Counted from the first letter of the stretch, positions 16,924 to 25,867 are shown. The stretch: 64,000 nucleotides of DNA from Candidatus Latescibacterota bacterium (GCA_964291625.2 OZ220090.1:160001-224000); one strand, 5' to 3'. Notes: generated by a model not told the origin, from the letters alone. Numbers and translations are program-made.

Positions 16924-18420
16924 ATGGAGCGCACGGATCCTACACTGGTTTGCTGGCACTCCGAGCGGGGGGGATTCGAGGTACTGGAACGCACGATCGC
17001 AACGCTTCGAAACCGTCGGGTCAGAATTGCGCACGTGATCTACCTGATACAGAGAGGGCGCAAGCTCGAAGTGCCGGCCAAGTTGCGGTTGCCGACCATC
17101 GAGGTGCTGGAGCTGCCGGTGGAGGATCCGACCAGGCATTCCGAAGTCTACAGGGCCGTGCGCGACCGCGTGCTGCCCAGATTGCGCGAATGTGGGGGGA
17201 TCCACGTCAACGTCTCTCCCGGCACCCCGGCCATGCACGCGGTGTGGATCATCCTTCACGCAGGGGGTGCGTTTCCTCCGGACACGAAGCTCTGGTCGTC
17301 GCAGTACAACCCGGAAACGAGACGGACGCGCATTGATCCCGTCGAGTTCCCGGTCACGACCTACCTGTCCGAGGTGCATGAAGTCGAACACGTCAAACCC
17401 GATCTCGCCGTGTACGAGCCCCAGGCGCTGTCTTCGGCCCGGCTTGCCGCGTTCGAGCGGCTAGCCCGCTACGCCAGGGTGGCGGGCGCCCCCCTCCTCG
17501 TCCTGGGCGAGCGCGGCACTGGAAAGACCCGGATCGTCGAAACACTCGTCGCGACCTTGAAGAGGCGGCCGGAGGTCGTCAGCGTTCCATGTGGAGGTCT
17601 CGATTCCTCGCTGGTCGACGGCATGCTCTTCGGACACCGAAAGGGCGCCTTCACCGGCGCCGAGAGCGACCGCCCCGGACTGCTGAAAGAGGCGGACGGC
17701 GGGATCCTGTTCCTCGATGAGGTTCAGGATCTTCCGAGACCCGCGCAGCGCAAGCTCGTGCGGGTGTTCCAGGATCGCCTGCGGCGTTTCCGGCCCCTCG
17801 GCAGCGACCAGGAGAAGACGGTCGATATCGAGCTGGTTTGCGCATCGAATCTCGATGTGGTCGATCTACGGGAGCGCCTCGATCCGGACCTCTACGATCG
17901 GCTCAGCCACTTCGCGGTGGAGATTCCCCCGTTGCGCGAGTGCCGTGACGATGTCGCGGAGGACTGGGGCAGGGTGTGGCGAGAGCTGCGCCAGCAGGAG
18001 GGTTTCCCCCTCGATGCGCCTTGGAACTCCGAACTGGAGCTTGCCCTTGCACGGAGCGAGTTGCCGGGGAATCTACGTGACCTGCAGCGGTTGGCGGTTC
18101 TGCTGATGGCTTGGTGGTCCGACAACGATACCGACAGAGCAATTGCTGACGCTCTCAAGGACTGGACGGACTGGACGATCGCGACGCGGTCGGACGATGA
18201 CATCCTTGGCTCCGGTACGCGCCGCGACCGTATCCGATGGTTTCAGGGGCGCTTGGCCAGATGGGCGAAACGAGAGTACGGGACATGGACAGCGGCAGGG
18301 CAAGCGCTGGGCTGCGATGAGAAAACGCTCCGACAGGATGTCTTCCCGAGCGACGATCAGGCATCCGCCCAGGCGATAGCCGCGCCGCCGGCCGCCCACG
18401 CCCTCGACAAGCCGCTGTAG
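16924..18420 (+). CDS. Sigma-54-dependent activator (bEBP) with N-terminal CARF/RtcR-like sensor domain
   Basis: GERGTGKT, intact GAFTGA, FLDEV, PPLRE, PGNLRDL, C-terminal HTH (TAAGQALGCDEKTL). N-terminal DPTRHSEVY..IHVNVSPGTPAMHAVW resembles RtcR-type CARF. No receiver domain. Confidence 0.85.
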   Translation: MERTDPTLVCWHSERGGFEVLERTIATLRNRRVRIAHVIYLIQRGRKLEVPAKLRLPTIEVLELPVEDPTRHSEVYRAVRDRVLPRLRECGGIHVNVSPGTPAMHAVWIILHAGGAFPPDTKLWSSQYNPETRRTRIDPVEFPVTTYLSEVHEVEHVKPDLAVYEPQALSSARLAAFERLARYARVAGAPLLVLGERGTGKTRIVETLVATLKRRPEVVSVPCGGLDSSLVDGMLFGHRKGAFTGAESDRPGLLKEADGGILFLDEVQDLPRPAQRKLVRVFQDRLRRFRPLGSDQEKTVDIELVCASNLDVVDLRERLDPDLYDRLSHFAVEIPPLRECRDDVAEDWGRVWRELRQQEGFPLDAPWNSELELALARSELPGNLRDLQRLAVLLMAWWSDNDTDRAIADALKDWTDWTIATRSDDDILGSGTRRDRIRWFQGRLARWAKREYGTWTAAGQALGCDEKTLRQDVFPSDDQASAQAIAAPPAAHALDKPL

Positions 18421-18559
18421 ATGGGGCCGGTGCCAGACTCGGCGGGGGTGGATCGCTGTAGTCGGACGCCCCTCGCTGGCAGGTCGCTGCAGGCAGCTGC
18501 TATGCCCTCCGAGACCTCGTCCATTCTGCCGGGGCGTCTTCAGGGAGCAACCTCTTCAG

Positions 18560-18738
18560 CTCTGGCGGCGTAGAGGCCGCGTGGTAGACAAGCCCCACCG
18601 CCAGGCGGCCCGTCGTCCCACAGCCACAGGTCGTTGTGCAGCAGGTAGAGGATCCCCCGACAGGACGTAGACGGCGTTTCGCGCACGCTTCCCGGCCAGC
18701 GAAGGGACTCCCGTCTCAGGCTCTCGGTTCGGGGTCAT
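18560..18738 (-). pseudogene. Frameshifted second copy of the DUF3311 gene
   Basis: 18613-18657 is identical over 45 bp to 11106-11150, with degenerate similarity on both sides. Its ATG overlaps the HAD stop (ATGA). Confidence 0.85.
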
Positions 18739-19487
18739 TCAGTCTCGTTCATCACCTCCGAAATGACACCCGGCAGCTCGGCGAGAGATCCCACCGTCAG
18801 GTCGCACTCGGCCGAGGCAGCGCCTCCCACCTTGACCGTCCTCAGGCCGGCGCCGCGGGCGGAGGCGAGGGGCTCGACGCCGTCATCCACCACGATCGTC
18901 CGAGAAGGTACGGCCCCAACGGCCTCGAGGATGGCCGGGTAGAACCGCGAGTCCCCCTTCTGAAAGCCGACCAGATCGGAGCCGAAAGGTTTCCCGACCC
19001 GGTCGCTCACGCCCAGCCTGCGCAGCACCGTCTCGACGACGAAGGAGGGGTTCCCCGACGCCATGTGGATCTCGATGCGGCCGGAGAGTTCCTCGATCGC
19101 CTTGGCAGCCCCGGGGAAGACGCCCTGCGTGTTCTCGAGGATGTGGATCGTCGCCCGCTCCGCAACATCGACCCGCTCCTCGAACGTCTCCGGAGCCTCG
19201 ACGCCGACGACCGCGCACACCTCCGCGATCCACTCGGCCTCGACCCGGTCCCACCAGCGCGAGAGGTTGAGCCCCCGGCGCCCCGGGTCGCGGCGGAACT
19301 CGCTGCTGCCGCGCCTCCAGACCTCCTGCCAAACCCTCTCCTGGTGGGCCGCCCACACCGCGGGATCGCCGCCCAGCAGAGAAGCGAGGGCCGGTCCGCC
19401 GAGCCGGGCGGACTCCTTCTCCCAGCGCTCGTTGTCGAGGATGACCCCGTCGACGTCGAGGAGCAGGGTAGGGCGGTCGGGGTCCAT
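18735..19487 (-). CDS. HAD-superfamily hydrolase
   Basis: LLLDVDGVI motif I, ASGN motif II, K and VVDDG motifs III/IV. Confidence 0.9.
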   Translation of the reverse strand: MDPDRPTLLLDVDGVILDNERWEKESARLGGPALASLLGGDPAVWAAHQERVWQEVWRRGSSEFRRDPGRRGLNLSRWWDRVEAEWIAEVCAVVGVEAPETFEERVDVAERATIHILENTQGVFPGAAKAIEELSGRIEIHMASGNPSFVVETVLRRLGVSDRVGKPFGSDLVGFQKGDSRFYPAILEAVGAVPSRTIVVDDGVEPLASARGAGLRTVKVGGAASAECDLTVGSLAELPGVISEVMNETE

Positions 19488-19506
19488 TCAGGGGATAGCC
19501 GGCGGT

Positions 19507-19685
19507 TGGTCAGCACGGGGAGCACCGACCCAAGGTCGTCGAGGACAGGCGTTGTCGCCCGGCTCTCCGGGACCTTCCCGGAGCCTCTCCCCGGTCTCAG
19601 CGTCCAGGGCAGAAAAACCGGCCCCGGTATCTCCTGGTCAACTCGAAGAGGTGGCCGCTTCGCAGGCGAGGAGGCGGCGCAGAGA
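19507..19685 (-). pseudogene. Decayed partial copy of the 3' part of the PQQ-propeller gene at 22178-23467
   Basis: Aligns by eye to about 22366-22545 (shared gcgttgtcgccc, gggaccttccc, accggccccggtat). Remnant reads GHLFELTRRYRGRF and DDLGSVLPVLT versus GRLFGLTRKYRGRL and VDLGSALLVLT, with frameshifts. Confidence 0.8.
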
Positions 19686-19838
19686 CTCGCGGCGGTCAGG
19701 CCGGCGTCCAGAACCTCGGGTGCCTGGAACGTCAGCTCCGCTGACAGGGCCTTTGCCTGGGTGCCGGTCCGGCGTTGATTCAGGCGATCCGTCCGTGAAG
19801 GCCCACTCGACAAACCCTCTCCACAGGGCAGGCGAAGA

Positions 19839-22139
19839 ATGAGGCGTGAACTGACTGATCTCCTGGCGAAGATCTCCCCGCCCGGCGCCTTCGCCGCCCG
19901 CACCACGGCCGCGCCTGACGCTCTCCGCCTCGAAGTGCGGGGTGTGGGCCGCGTGGCCCTCCCGGTCACCCGCGCCAGGGCGCGCCGGTTGTGCGGCGTC
20001 GCCCGTCCAGCCCGCTACGGCCTCCAAGACCAGACCCTTTTGGACCCCGGGGTCCGCGACACCTGGGAGATCGCCCGCAGCCGCATCAGGATCGACCAGC
20101 GCAGATGGAAGCAGACGCTTCTCCCGGAGTTGGAGCGGATACGCCGCGGTCTCGGGCTTCCCGAGGATTGTCGCCTGTCCGCGGCACTGCACAACATGCT
20201 GGTCTACGAGCCGGGCCAGTTCTTCCTCCCCCATCAGGACACGGAGAAGCAGGACGGCATGATCGGCAGCCTCGTCGTGCTCCTGCCTTCGGATCACAAG
20301 GGGGGCTCGATCCAGGTGGAGCACCACGACGAGAAGGTGAGCTTCAGGGGCTCGCGCGAGAAGCTGACCCTCATCGCCTTCTATGCCGATTGCCGCCACG
20401 AGGTCCGTCCGGTGAAGGAAGGCTACCGGGTGGCCCTGACCTACAACCTGCGGGCCACAGGGGGCGGCGCCGGGGTCCCCTCTCCGCCAGCCGAGGACGC
20501 GACCAGGGGGCTGGCCCGGGCGCTCGGCAAGTACCTCGAGACACCCCCTCCCGACTCCTGGAGGGACGACCCGTGCCGCCTGTTCGTCTACCTCCTCGAC
20601 CATCAGTACACCCAGCGGGGTCTCGCCTGGCAGCGGCTCAAGAACGCCGACGCCGCCCGCGCCGCGGCCTTGCGGGAGGCCGCCCGGCAGCTCGACTGCG
20701 AGGTCTTCCTGGCCTTGGCGCAGGTTCGGGAAACCCGGGAGCCCGAGGAAACGCGGGGCATGCGGGGCGGCTACGAGGACTATGACGACTACGACGTCTA
20801 CGACGACGAGGAGCCTTCCGCCGACGCCGGCCTGGGAGACTTGATCGACACCGAGATCGAACTGCGTCACTGGGTGGGGAAGGGCAGGCCGCGGGGGAGC
20901 CGCTACGTCCACGAGCACGATCTCTTCTACACGAAGCCCTCGGCCGAGTTGACGCCCTTCCACTCTGAGCACGAGCCCTACATGGGCAACTGGGGCAATA
21001 CGGTCGACCGCTGGTACCGCCGCGCCGCGGTCGTCCTCTGGCCGCGGCAACACGGCTTCGCGCTCCGGGCGCAAGCATCGGGACGCTGGGCCTTCGCCGA
21101 GATCGCCAGGAAGCTGAAGTCGGGAGACCTCGCCGAGGCCCGCTCCCTGACCGGCGAGATGCTGCCTTTCTGGAAGGGCTCTCCGCAAGACCAGGAACGC
21201 CCGGGCCTCTTCATCGACGTGTTGAAGGTTGGCCGGCAACTCGGTGAACCGGATCTGGCCTTGTCGCTGCTGCAGCCCTTCGAGCTGGAACAACTGACCC
21301 CCGAAACAGCTGACGAGCTTGGGGCCCTGATCGACGCCTACGGAGTGCCGTGGTGCCAAGGCCTGCTCGACCGCTGGGCCTCGGAAGCCAGGCGGGGCAT
21401 ATCCCTCGAGCGGCCGGACTGGCTCGCCGCCCTGCCGGGCCTCTGCCGGGCCCTGTGCGAACAGGACTCCGCAGCGGGCGGGAAACTGGCGGCCTGGCTG
21501 GTGGGCGGGCAGTGGCGCTGGTGGAAGGCCCGATGGGAAGAAGGCTGCGACGCCCCCGATCCCGGGGAATCACTCGAGGTGCTGAAAGCGGCCTGCGGCC
21601 CCTTTCTCGGGCTGCTGGAGAGCAGCGTCGTCACCGGCAGCCGCGAGCTGCAGGACACGATGCTGCGCTTCGCAGCCGGCGCGGCCGGCGGGCCCGTGCT
21701 CGCCCTGACCCACCTTCTACGGGCTGCGCTGCGGGTCCGGCCGCGTGCGACCCTGGCGGGACTGAGACTGGGAGATCTGGGCGCCCGATGCATGAAGGAG
21801 CTGCAGTCACGCCTCGACCAACCGCCCCGCGGTCCGCAGGACTGGTCCATCCGGGGGCCCGTCCGTTGCGGGTGCGACTTGTGTGCCCAGCTGTCCCGGT
21901 TTCTCGCCGATCCGGAACGCACCCTGTTCGAGTGGCCCATCGCCAAGCAGAAGCGCCGTCACGTCCACGGAATCATCGAGGTACACGCTTTCCCGGTAAC
22001 CCACCGGACCCGCCGGACCGGCAGTCCGTACACCCTCGTGCTGGAGAAGACCCGGGCCCTGTTCGAGACGGAAGCGGCCGAGCGCAAAGCATGGCAGCGC
22101 GAGCTGTCCTGGCTGAAGAAGAACCAGCGGCTCTTCTGA
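19839..22139 (+). CDS. Large 2OG-Fe(II) oxygenase-domain protein
   Basis: VYEPGQFFLPHQDTEK (HxD), CRHEVRPV..GYRVALTYNL, then LDHQYT motif, an acidic stretch and a C-terminal CGCDLC. Confidence 0.88.
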   Translation: MRRELTDLLAKISPPGAFAARTTAAPDALRLEVRGVGRVALPVTRARARRLCGVARPARYGLQDQTLLDPGVRDTWEIARSRIRIDQRRWKQTLLPELERIRRGLGLPEDCRLSAALHNMLVYEPGQFFLPHQDTEKQDGMIGSLVVLLPSDHKGGSIQVEHHDEKVSFRGSREKLTLIAFYADCRHEVRPVKEGYRVALTYNLRATGGGAGVPSPPAEDATRGLARALGKYLETPPPDSWRDDPCRLFVYLLDHQYTQRGLAWQRLKNADAARAAALREAARQLDCEVFLALAQVRETREPEETRGMRGGYEDYDDYDVYDDEEPSADAGLGDLIDTEIELRHWVGKGRPRGSRYVHEHDLFYTKPSAELTPFHSEHEPYMGNWGNTVDRWYRRAAVVLWPRQHGFALRAQASGRWAFAEIARKLKSGDLAEARSLTGEMLPFWKGSPQDQERPGLFIDVLKVGRQLGEPDLALSLLQPFELEQLTPETADELGALIDAYGVPWCQGLLDRWASEARRGISLERPDWLAALPGLCRALCEQDSAAGGKLAAWLVGGQWRWWKARWEEGCDAPDPGESLEVLKAACGPFLGLLESSVVTGSRELQDTMLRFAAGAAGGPVLALTHLLRAALRVRPRATLAGLRLGDLGARCMKELQSRLDQPPRGPQDWSIRGPVRCGCDLCAQLSRFLADPERTLFEWPIAKQKRRHVHGIIEVHAFPVTHRTRRTGSPYTLVLEKTRALFETEAAERKAWQRELSWLKKNQRLF

Positions 22140-22177
22140 CCTCTTGGAGACTCTCGCGGGGGGAAAGCGGGCACATC

Positions 22178-23467
22178 TCAGGGCGCGGCCTCTCCCGGTT
22201 CGGCGGACGGCAGCCGCCAGCAGGCGAGGTGGGTCTTGTCCTTCACGAGAAGCCGGTCGCCGGCCACGGCCGGGTGGGCCCAAGTGGGACTCTCGGCCAG
22301 GCGATACTCCGCAAGCAGGCGGAACTCCGGCGCCGTCGTGGAGACCACGGCCAAGCGGGCCTCGGTGGTCAGCACCAGCAGGGCGGATCCCAGGTCGACG
22401 AGGACGGCGTTGTCGCCCAGCTCCCCGGGACCTTCCCAGAGCCTGTCGCCCGTGCCCGCGTCCAGGCTGAACAACCGGCCCCGGTATTTCCTCGTCAGTC
22501 CGAAGAGACGGCCCCCGGAGACCACCGGCGAGGCCATGTAGAGCCAGTCCTGGTGGTTGTGCCACAGCCCCTGCACCTGGAGGCCCTTCTCGCCGCGGTC
22601 GAAGTGCAGAGCCAGGGTGCCCTGCTCCAGTCCCGAGAGGGCCACGGTCCCCGGCCCGAGGAGGACGGGCGTGACGATGTTCTGGTCGTACGGAGTGGTG
22701 AAGGGGAGGCGCCACAGCTCCTTGCCGACGGCCGCGTCCAGGGCCAGGCAGAACCGCTCCGACTGGGTCACGAGCACCGGCCCGCCGGCATCCACCACCA
22801 CGGGGGAGGCGTATCCCGGTCCGTCCCCCTCCCAGCGCCAGCGCTCGGCGCCGCTGTCGGCGGCCAGTGCCAACAGGGCCCCGCGGCCGGGACCGCCCAG
22901 GTGAGCGACCACGAGATCTCCGAGGACCAAGGGAGAGGTGGCCGTCCCGAAGAGCGGCGCCGTGGCGGGGAACCGGCCCTCGGATTCCCAGCGCCACAGC
23001 AGCTCTCCGCTGGCCGCGTCGTGGGAGGACAGGATGCCGGTGATCCCCAGGGTGAAGATGCGGCCCCCTGCGGCGGCCGGGGTCGACTTGGGGCCCTTGC
23101 CGTGCCCCCGCGCCGCCGGGTGCATCTCGTAGGGCGCCCGGTTCGTCTGCCGCCACAGCACCTCGCCCGAGGCCAGGGACAGGCAGGAGAGGGTTTCGAG
23201 GTCGCCGAGCCGGGCGTGCAGGTACACGCGGTCCCCCACGACGACCGGACCGGCATGTCCTTCGCCGACCTCGGTGCGCCACTCCCGCAGCAGGCTGTCC
23301 GGCCAGGCGGCGGGCGCCTGGAAGCCGGGGGCGCGGCCGTCACGTTCCGGACCGCGCCACTGGGGCCAGTCCCCGCCCGGCACGGGGGAGGCGGCGAGGA
23401 GGCACGCGGCGATCAGAAGGGCGGCGAAGCCGCGGGTGCCGGGAAAGGTCGATGGACCCTTGTCCAC
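22178..23467 (-). CDS. Secreted PQQ-like (BamB-type) beta-propeller protein
   Basis: Signal-like segment, DWPQWRGPERDG, repeated A.SGE.LW blades, SPVV motifs. Confidence 0.88.
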   Translation of the reverse strand: MDKGPSTFPGTRGFAALLIAACLLAASPVPGGDWPQWRGPERDGRAPGFQAPAAWPDSLLREWRTEVGEGHAGPVVVGDRVYLHARLGDLETLSCLSLASGEVLWRQTNRAPYEMHPAARGHGKGPKSTPAAAGGRIFTLGITGILSSHDAASGELLWRWESEGRFPATAPLFGTATSPLVLGDLVVAHLGGPGRGALLALAADSGAERWRWEGDGPGYASPVVVDAGGPVLVTQSERFCLALDAAVGKELWRLPFTTPYDQNIVTPVLLGPGTVALSGLEQGTLALHFDRGEKGLQVQGLWHNHQDWLYMASPVVSGGRLFGLTRKYRGRLFSLDAGTGDRLWEGPGELGDNAVLVDLGSALLVLTTEARLAVVSTTAPEFRLLAEYRLAESPTWAHPAVAGDRLLVKDKTHLACWRLPSAEPGEAAP

Positions 23468-23480
23468 GCTGCTCTTCAAC

Positions 23481-23777
23481 TCACTGCGTGGACGTGGCAT
23501 GTTCCTCCAAGACCTCGACACAGAGCTTCTGGCAATGGCTGCAGATCGCGGCGTCAGCTCCCTTCCTGGAGAACATGTGGGACGCTTCGTCCGGACCTCG
23601 CTTGCAGAAGTGGCAGGGGCCTTCTGCATTGGTCAGCCAGTCAGAGGCCGTCGTCCCTTCAAGCACCCTGCCGCACGTGGCCACGCAGTCGCTGCAGATG
23701 TGCACGGATGGGCCTGTAACAACCTGGACAGAGTCGCTGACCGACTGTCCGCAGAAAGAGCAGCTTGGACTCGGCAT
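23481..23777 (-). CDS. Small protein of two tandem ClpX C4-type zinc fingers
   Basis: CSFCG..ICSDC and CHFCK..ICSHC. GGAGG upstream. Confidence 0.8.
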   Translation of the reverse strand: MPSPSCSFCGQSVSDSVQVVTGPSVHICSDCVATCGRVLEGTTASDWLTNAEGPCHFCKRGPDEASHMFSRKGADAAICSHCQKLCVEVLEEHATSTQ

Positions 23778-23946
23778 GTCATGCCCTCCAGGAAGATGTC
23801 CAGAGTCAAGAGCCGGATGGTCTCAGACTGCACCCCGCCGCACGGCGAGGCGATGACTATCAGAATCTGCGCATGCCCGTGCCGAACCGGATGGAGGCCA
23901 TGGCAGAGAGGATCGAAGGCTGTCGTCTGAGAAGGAGAACCGAGGG

Positions 23947-24138
23947 CTACGAGACTTCGCGCCCTTCACGGATAGACCGACACTGCCGCTTCCTGGAGGG
24001 TGCCCAGTCTACAACTCTGTGGGCATGTCCATGCTCTCTCTCGCGGATCATGGCGCCCAGGCGCGCCACGTCATAGTCGTGCTCGCGAGCGATGTCCTCC
24101 TTGATCTTCCACAAGGGGGCGATGATTTCATCCTTCAT
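23947..24138 (-). CDS. Small putative antitoxin partner of the PIN gene
   Basis: MKDEIIAPLWKIKEDIAREHDYDV resembles small partners found downstream of this PIN subtype. Overlaps the PIN stop. Confidence 0.6.
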   Translation of the reverse strand: MKDEIIAPLWKIKEDIAREHDYDVARLGAMIREREHGHAHRVVDWAPSRKRQCRSIREGREVS

Positions 24139-24613
24139 CAGGCTGACCTCCTACCATCTCCTGGGGAGTGCAGATCTCTGGACAGGGATACGCATGCCCG
24201 ACACAGAGTTCGCGGATTCGTGGTTTGGTCAGAGCGTTGTCTATATGCCTGAAGTTCCAAGTGAGAAGGTAGTCGACGGCGTGCACCGCGGATAGAGCGA
24301 TATGAAGCGCGTCATCCGCGGCGACAATGGGCAAGGGACCAGGACTTACGAGCCTCTCGGCGAACTGCACGACCTGGTCCGACGCAGTCAACAATGGGAT
24401 ACCCTCCAGCTGCGCCATTCGGCGGCTTGCCGCCTCCTCATCGCCACGGCTGGCTTCCTCAAGGACCAAGGCCGAAGTGCACAGATCGAAGTCCTGGCGT
24501 TGGCGGTTCCACCACCACGCCGTGATCTCCTGCCATGCCGCAACCAACGGGTTCGGCGATGGGCGCGCGGTCAGGTAACTGACGATCGATGTCTCGATGT
24601 AGAGCGAAGCCAT
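24128..24613 (-). CDS. PIN-domain (VapC-like) ribonuclease toxin
   Basis: YIETSIVSYL, VLEEA, DALHIA, LLTWNFRHI, ICTP. Confidence 0.88.
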   Translation of the reverse strand: MASLYIETSIVSYLTARPSPNPLVAAWQEITAWWWNRQRQDFDLCTSALVLEEASRGDEEAASRRMAQLEGIPLLTASDQVVQFAERLVSPGPLPIVAADDALHIALSAVHAVDYLLTWNFRHIDNALTKPRIRELCVGHAYPCPEICTPQEMVGGQPDEG

Positions 24614-24622
24614 GACGAAGGA

Positions 24623-25867
24623 TCACCTCAGCGACATCTCCTCCGGCAGGGGGCAGACCCCGGCCATGGGCTCGAAGATCTCGTGGACCCGCTCGTCGTA
24701 GAGGTTGCCGCTGAGGATGTCCACCAGGCCGCGCTTGCAGTGAGGGTGGGCCTGGAGGAACTCGGCGAAGCTGAACTCCTTGGTGTAGAAGGCGTAGACC
24801 AGCTTGCGCACGGCCTCCATGCCGCGGGTGAAGTCGGGTCCGAAGGCGCCCAGGCGCTCGGCCGTGGGCTCGCCGTCGGCCAGGGCTGCGACGATGGCGT
24901 CGGCGGCCATCTCGCCGGACTTGAGGGCCAGGAGCACGCCGGAGGAGTAGATGGGGTCGAGGAAGCCGAAGGCGTCGCCCACCAGCACCCAGCCGTCGCC
25001 GGCGATGCGGCGGGCGCGGTAGGAGAAGTCGCGGGTGACCTTCATGGGCAGGACCTGGCGCGCCGGGGCGAGGCGTTCCCCGAGGGCCGGGCAGGCGGTC
25101 AGCTCCTCGTCGAAGACGCGCTGCGGCGAGGGTTTCCCGGGGCGGCGCAGCAGGTAGTCGCGGTCGCCCACGACGCCGACGCTGACGCGGTCGTCGGGCA
25201 GGGGGATGTACCAGAACCACGAGTCCTTCTCGCGGGTGTGCAGGATGAGGGTGGCGCCTTCGTCAATGCCCGCGTCGCGCAGGGCCCCGGAGAAGTGGGT
25301 GAAGAGGGAGGCTTTTCTGAGATTCGGCTCGGTCTCGGCCAGCTTCAGCCGGCGCGCCAGCAGGGCGCTCTGGCCGGTGGCGTCGACGGTGACGGCGGCC
25401 TCGACCTCGCGGACGGACCCGCCGGGCTCGCGGAAGCGCACGCCCCTTGCCTTTTCGCCATCGAGGAGCACGTCGAGGACCATGGCGCCCTGAACGACCT
25501 CCGCCCCCCTGGCGCGGGCGTTGTCCAGCATCATGGCGTCGAAGTCGCTGCGCAGGACCTGCCAGGTCACGGCGCTCTCGCCGGGGTCGAACTCGGAGAA
25601 GTAGAACGGCGCCGAGGCGCGCCCCGAGCCGCCGAAGAACTGGACGCTGTGCTTCCTCGGGAAGGCGCTGGCCTGGAGCTGTTCCAGCAGACCCAGGCGC
25701 CGGAAGGTCCACCAGGTCGCCGGCATGAGGGACTCGCCGACCTTGAAGGGGGGCGTGGGCTCCCGCTCCAGGAGCAGGACCCGGTACCCGCCCTCGGCGA
25801 CCAGGGCGGCCACCGTGGCCCCCGCCGGACCGCCGCCGGCGACGACGACGTCGCAGCGCTCCTTCAC
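24623..25867 (-). CDS. Flavin-dependent halogenase-like oxidoreductase
   Basis: GGGPAG, VGESL, FPRK (position of the halogenase Lys), DATG, WFWYIP (WxWxIP), GDAFGFLDPIYSSG. GTG start 25867. Confidence 0.85.
   Translation of the reverse strand: MKERCDVVVAGGGPAGATVAALVAEGGYRVLLLEREPTPPFKVGESLMPATWWTFRRLGLLEQLQASAFPRKHSVQFFGGSGRASAPFYFSEFDPGESAVTWQVLRSDFDAMMLDNARARGAEVVQGAMVLDVLLDGEKARGVRFREPGGSVREVEAAVTVDATGQSALLARRLKLAETEPNLRKASLFTHFSGALRDAGIDEGATLILHTREKDSWFWYIPLPDDRVSVGVVGDRDYLLRRPGKPSPQRVFDEELTACPALGERLAPARQVLPMKVTRDFSYRARRIAGDGWVLVGDAFGFLDPIYSSGVLLALKSGEMAADAIVAALADGEPTAERLGAFGPDFTRGMEAVRKLVYAFYTKEFSFAEFLQAHPHCKRGLVDILSGNLYDERVHEIFEPMAGVCPLPEEMSLR

Noticed and set aside
16924-18420. Calling the activator rtcR of an RNA repair operon
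   Set aside because: No rtcA or rtcB in the window. The linked sigma-54 promoter precedes the helicase operon instead.
19607-19620. GGGCAGAAAAACC, identical to part of enhancer box 1, upstream of the 2OG-Fe(II) gene
   Set aside because: Lies within the decayed propeller-gene copy, has no partner box, and I found no convincing -24/-12 element downstream. Probably chance.
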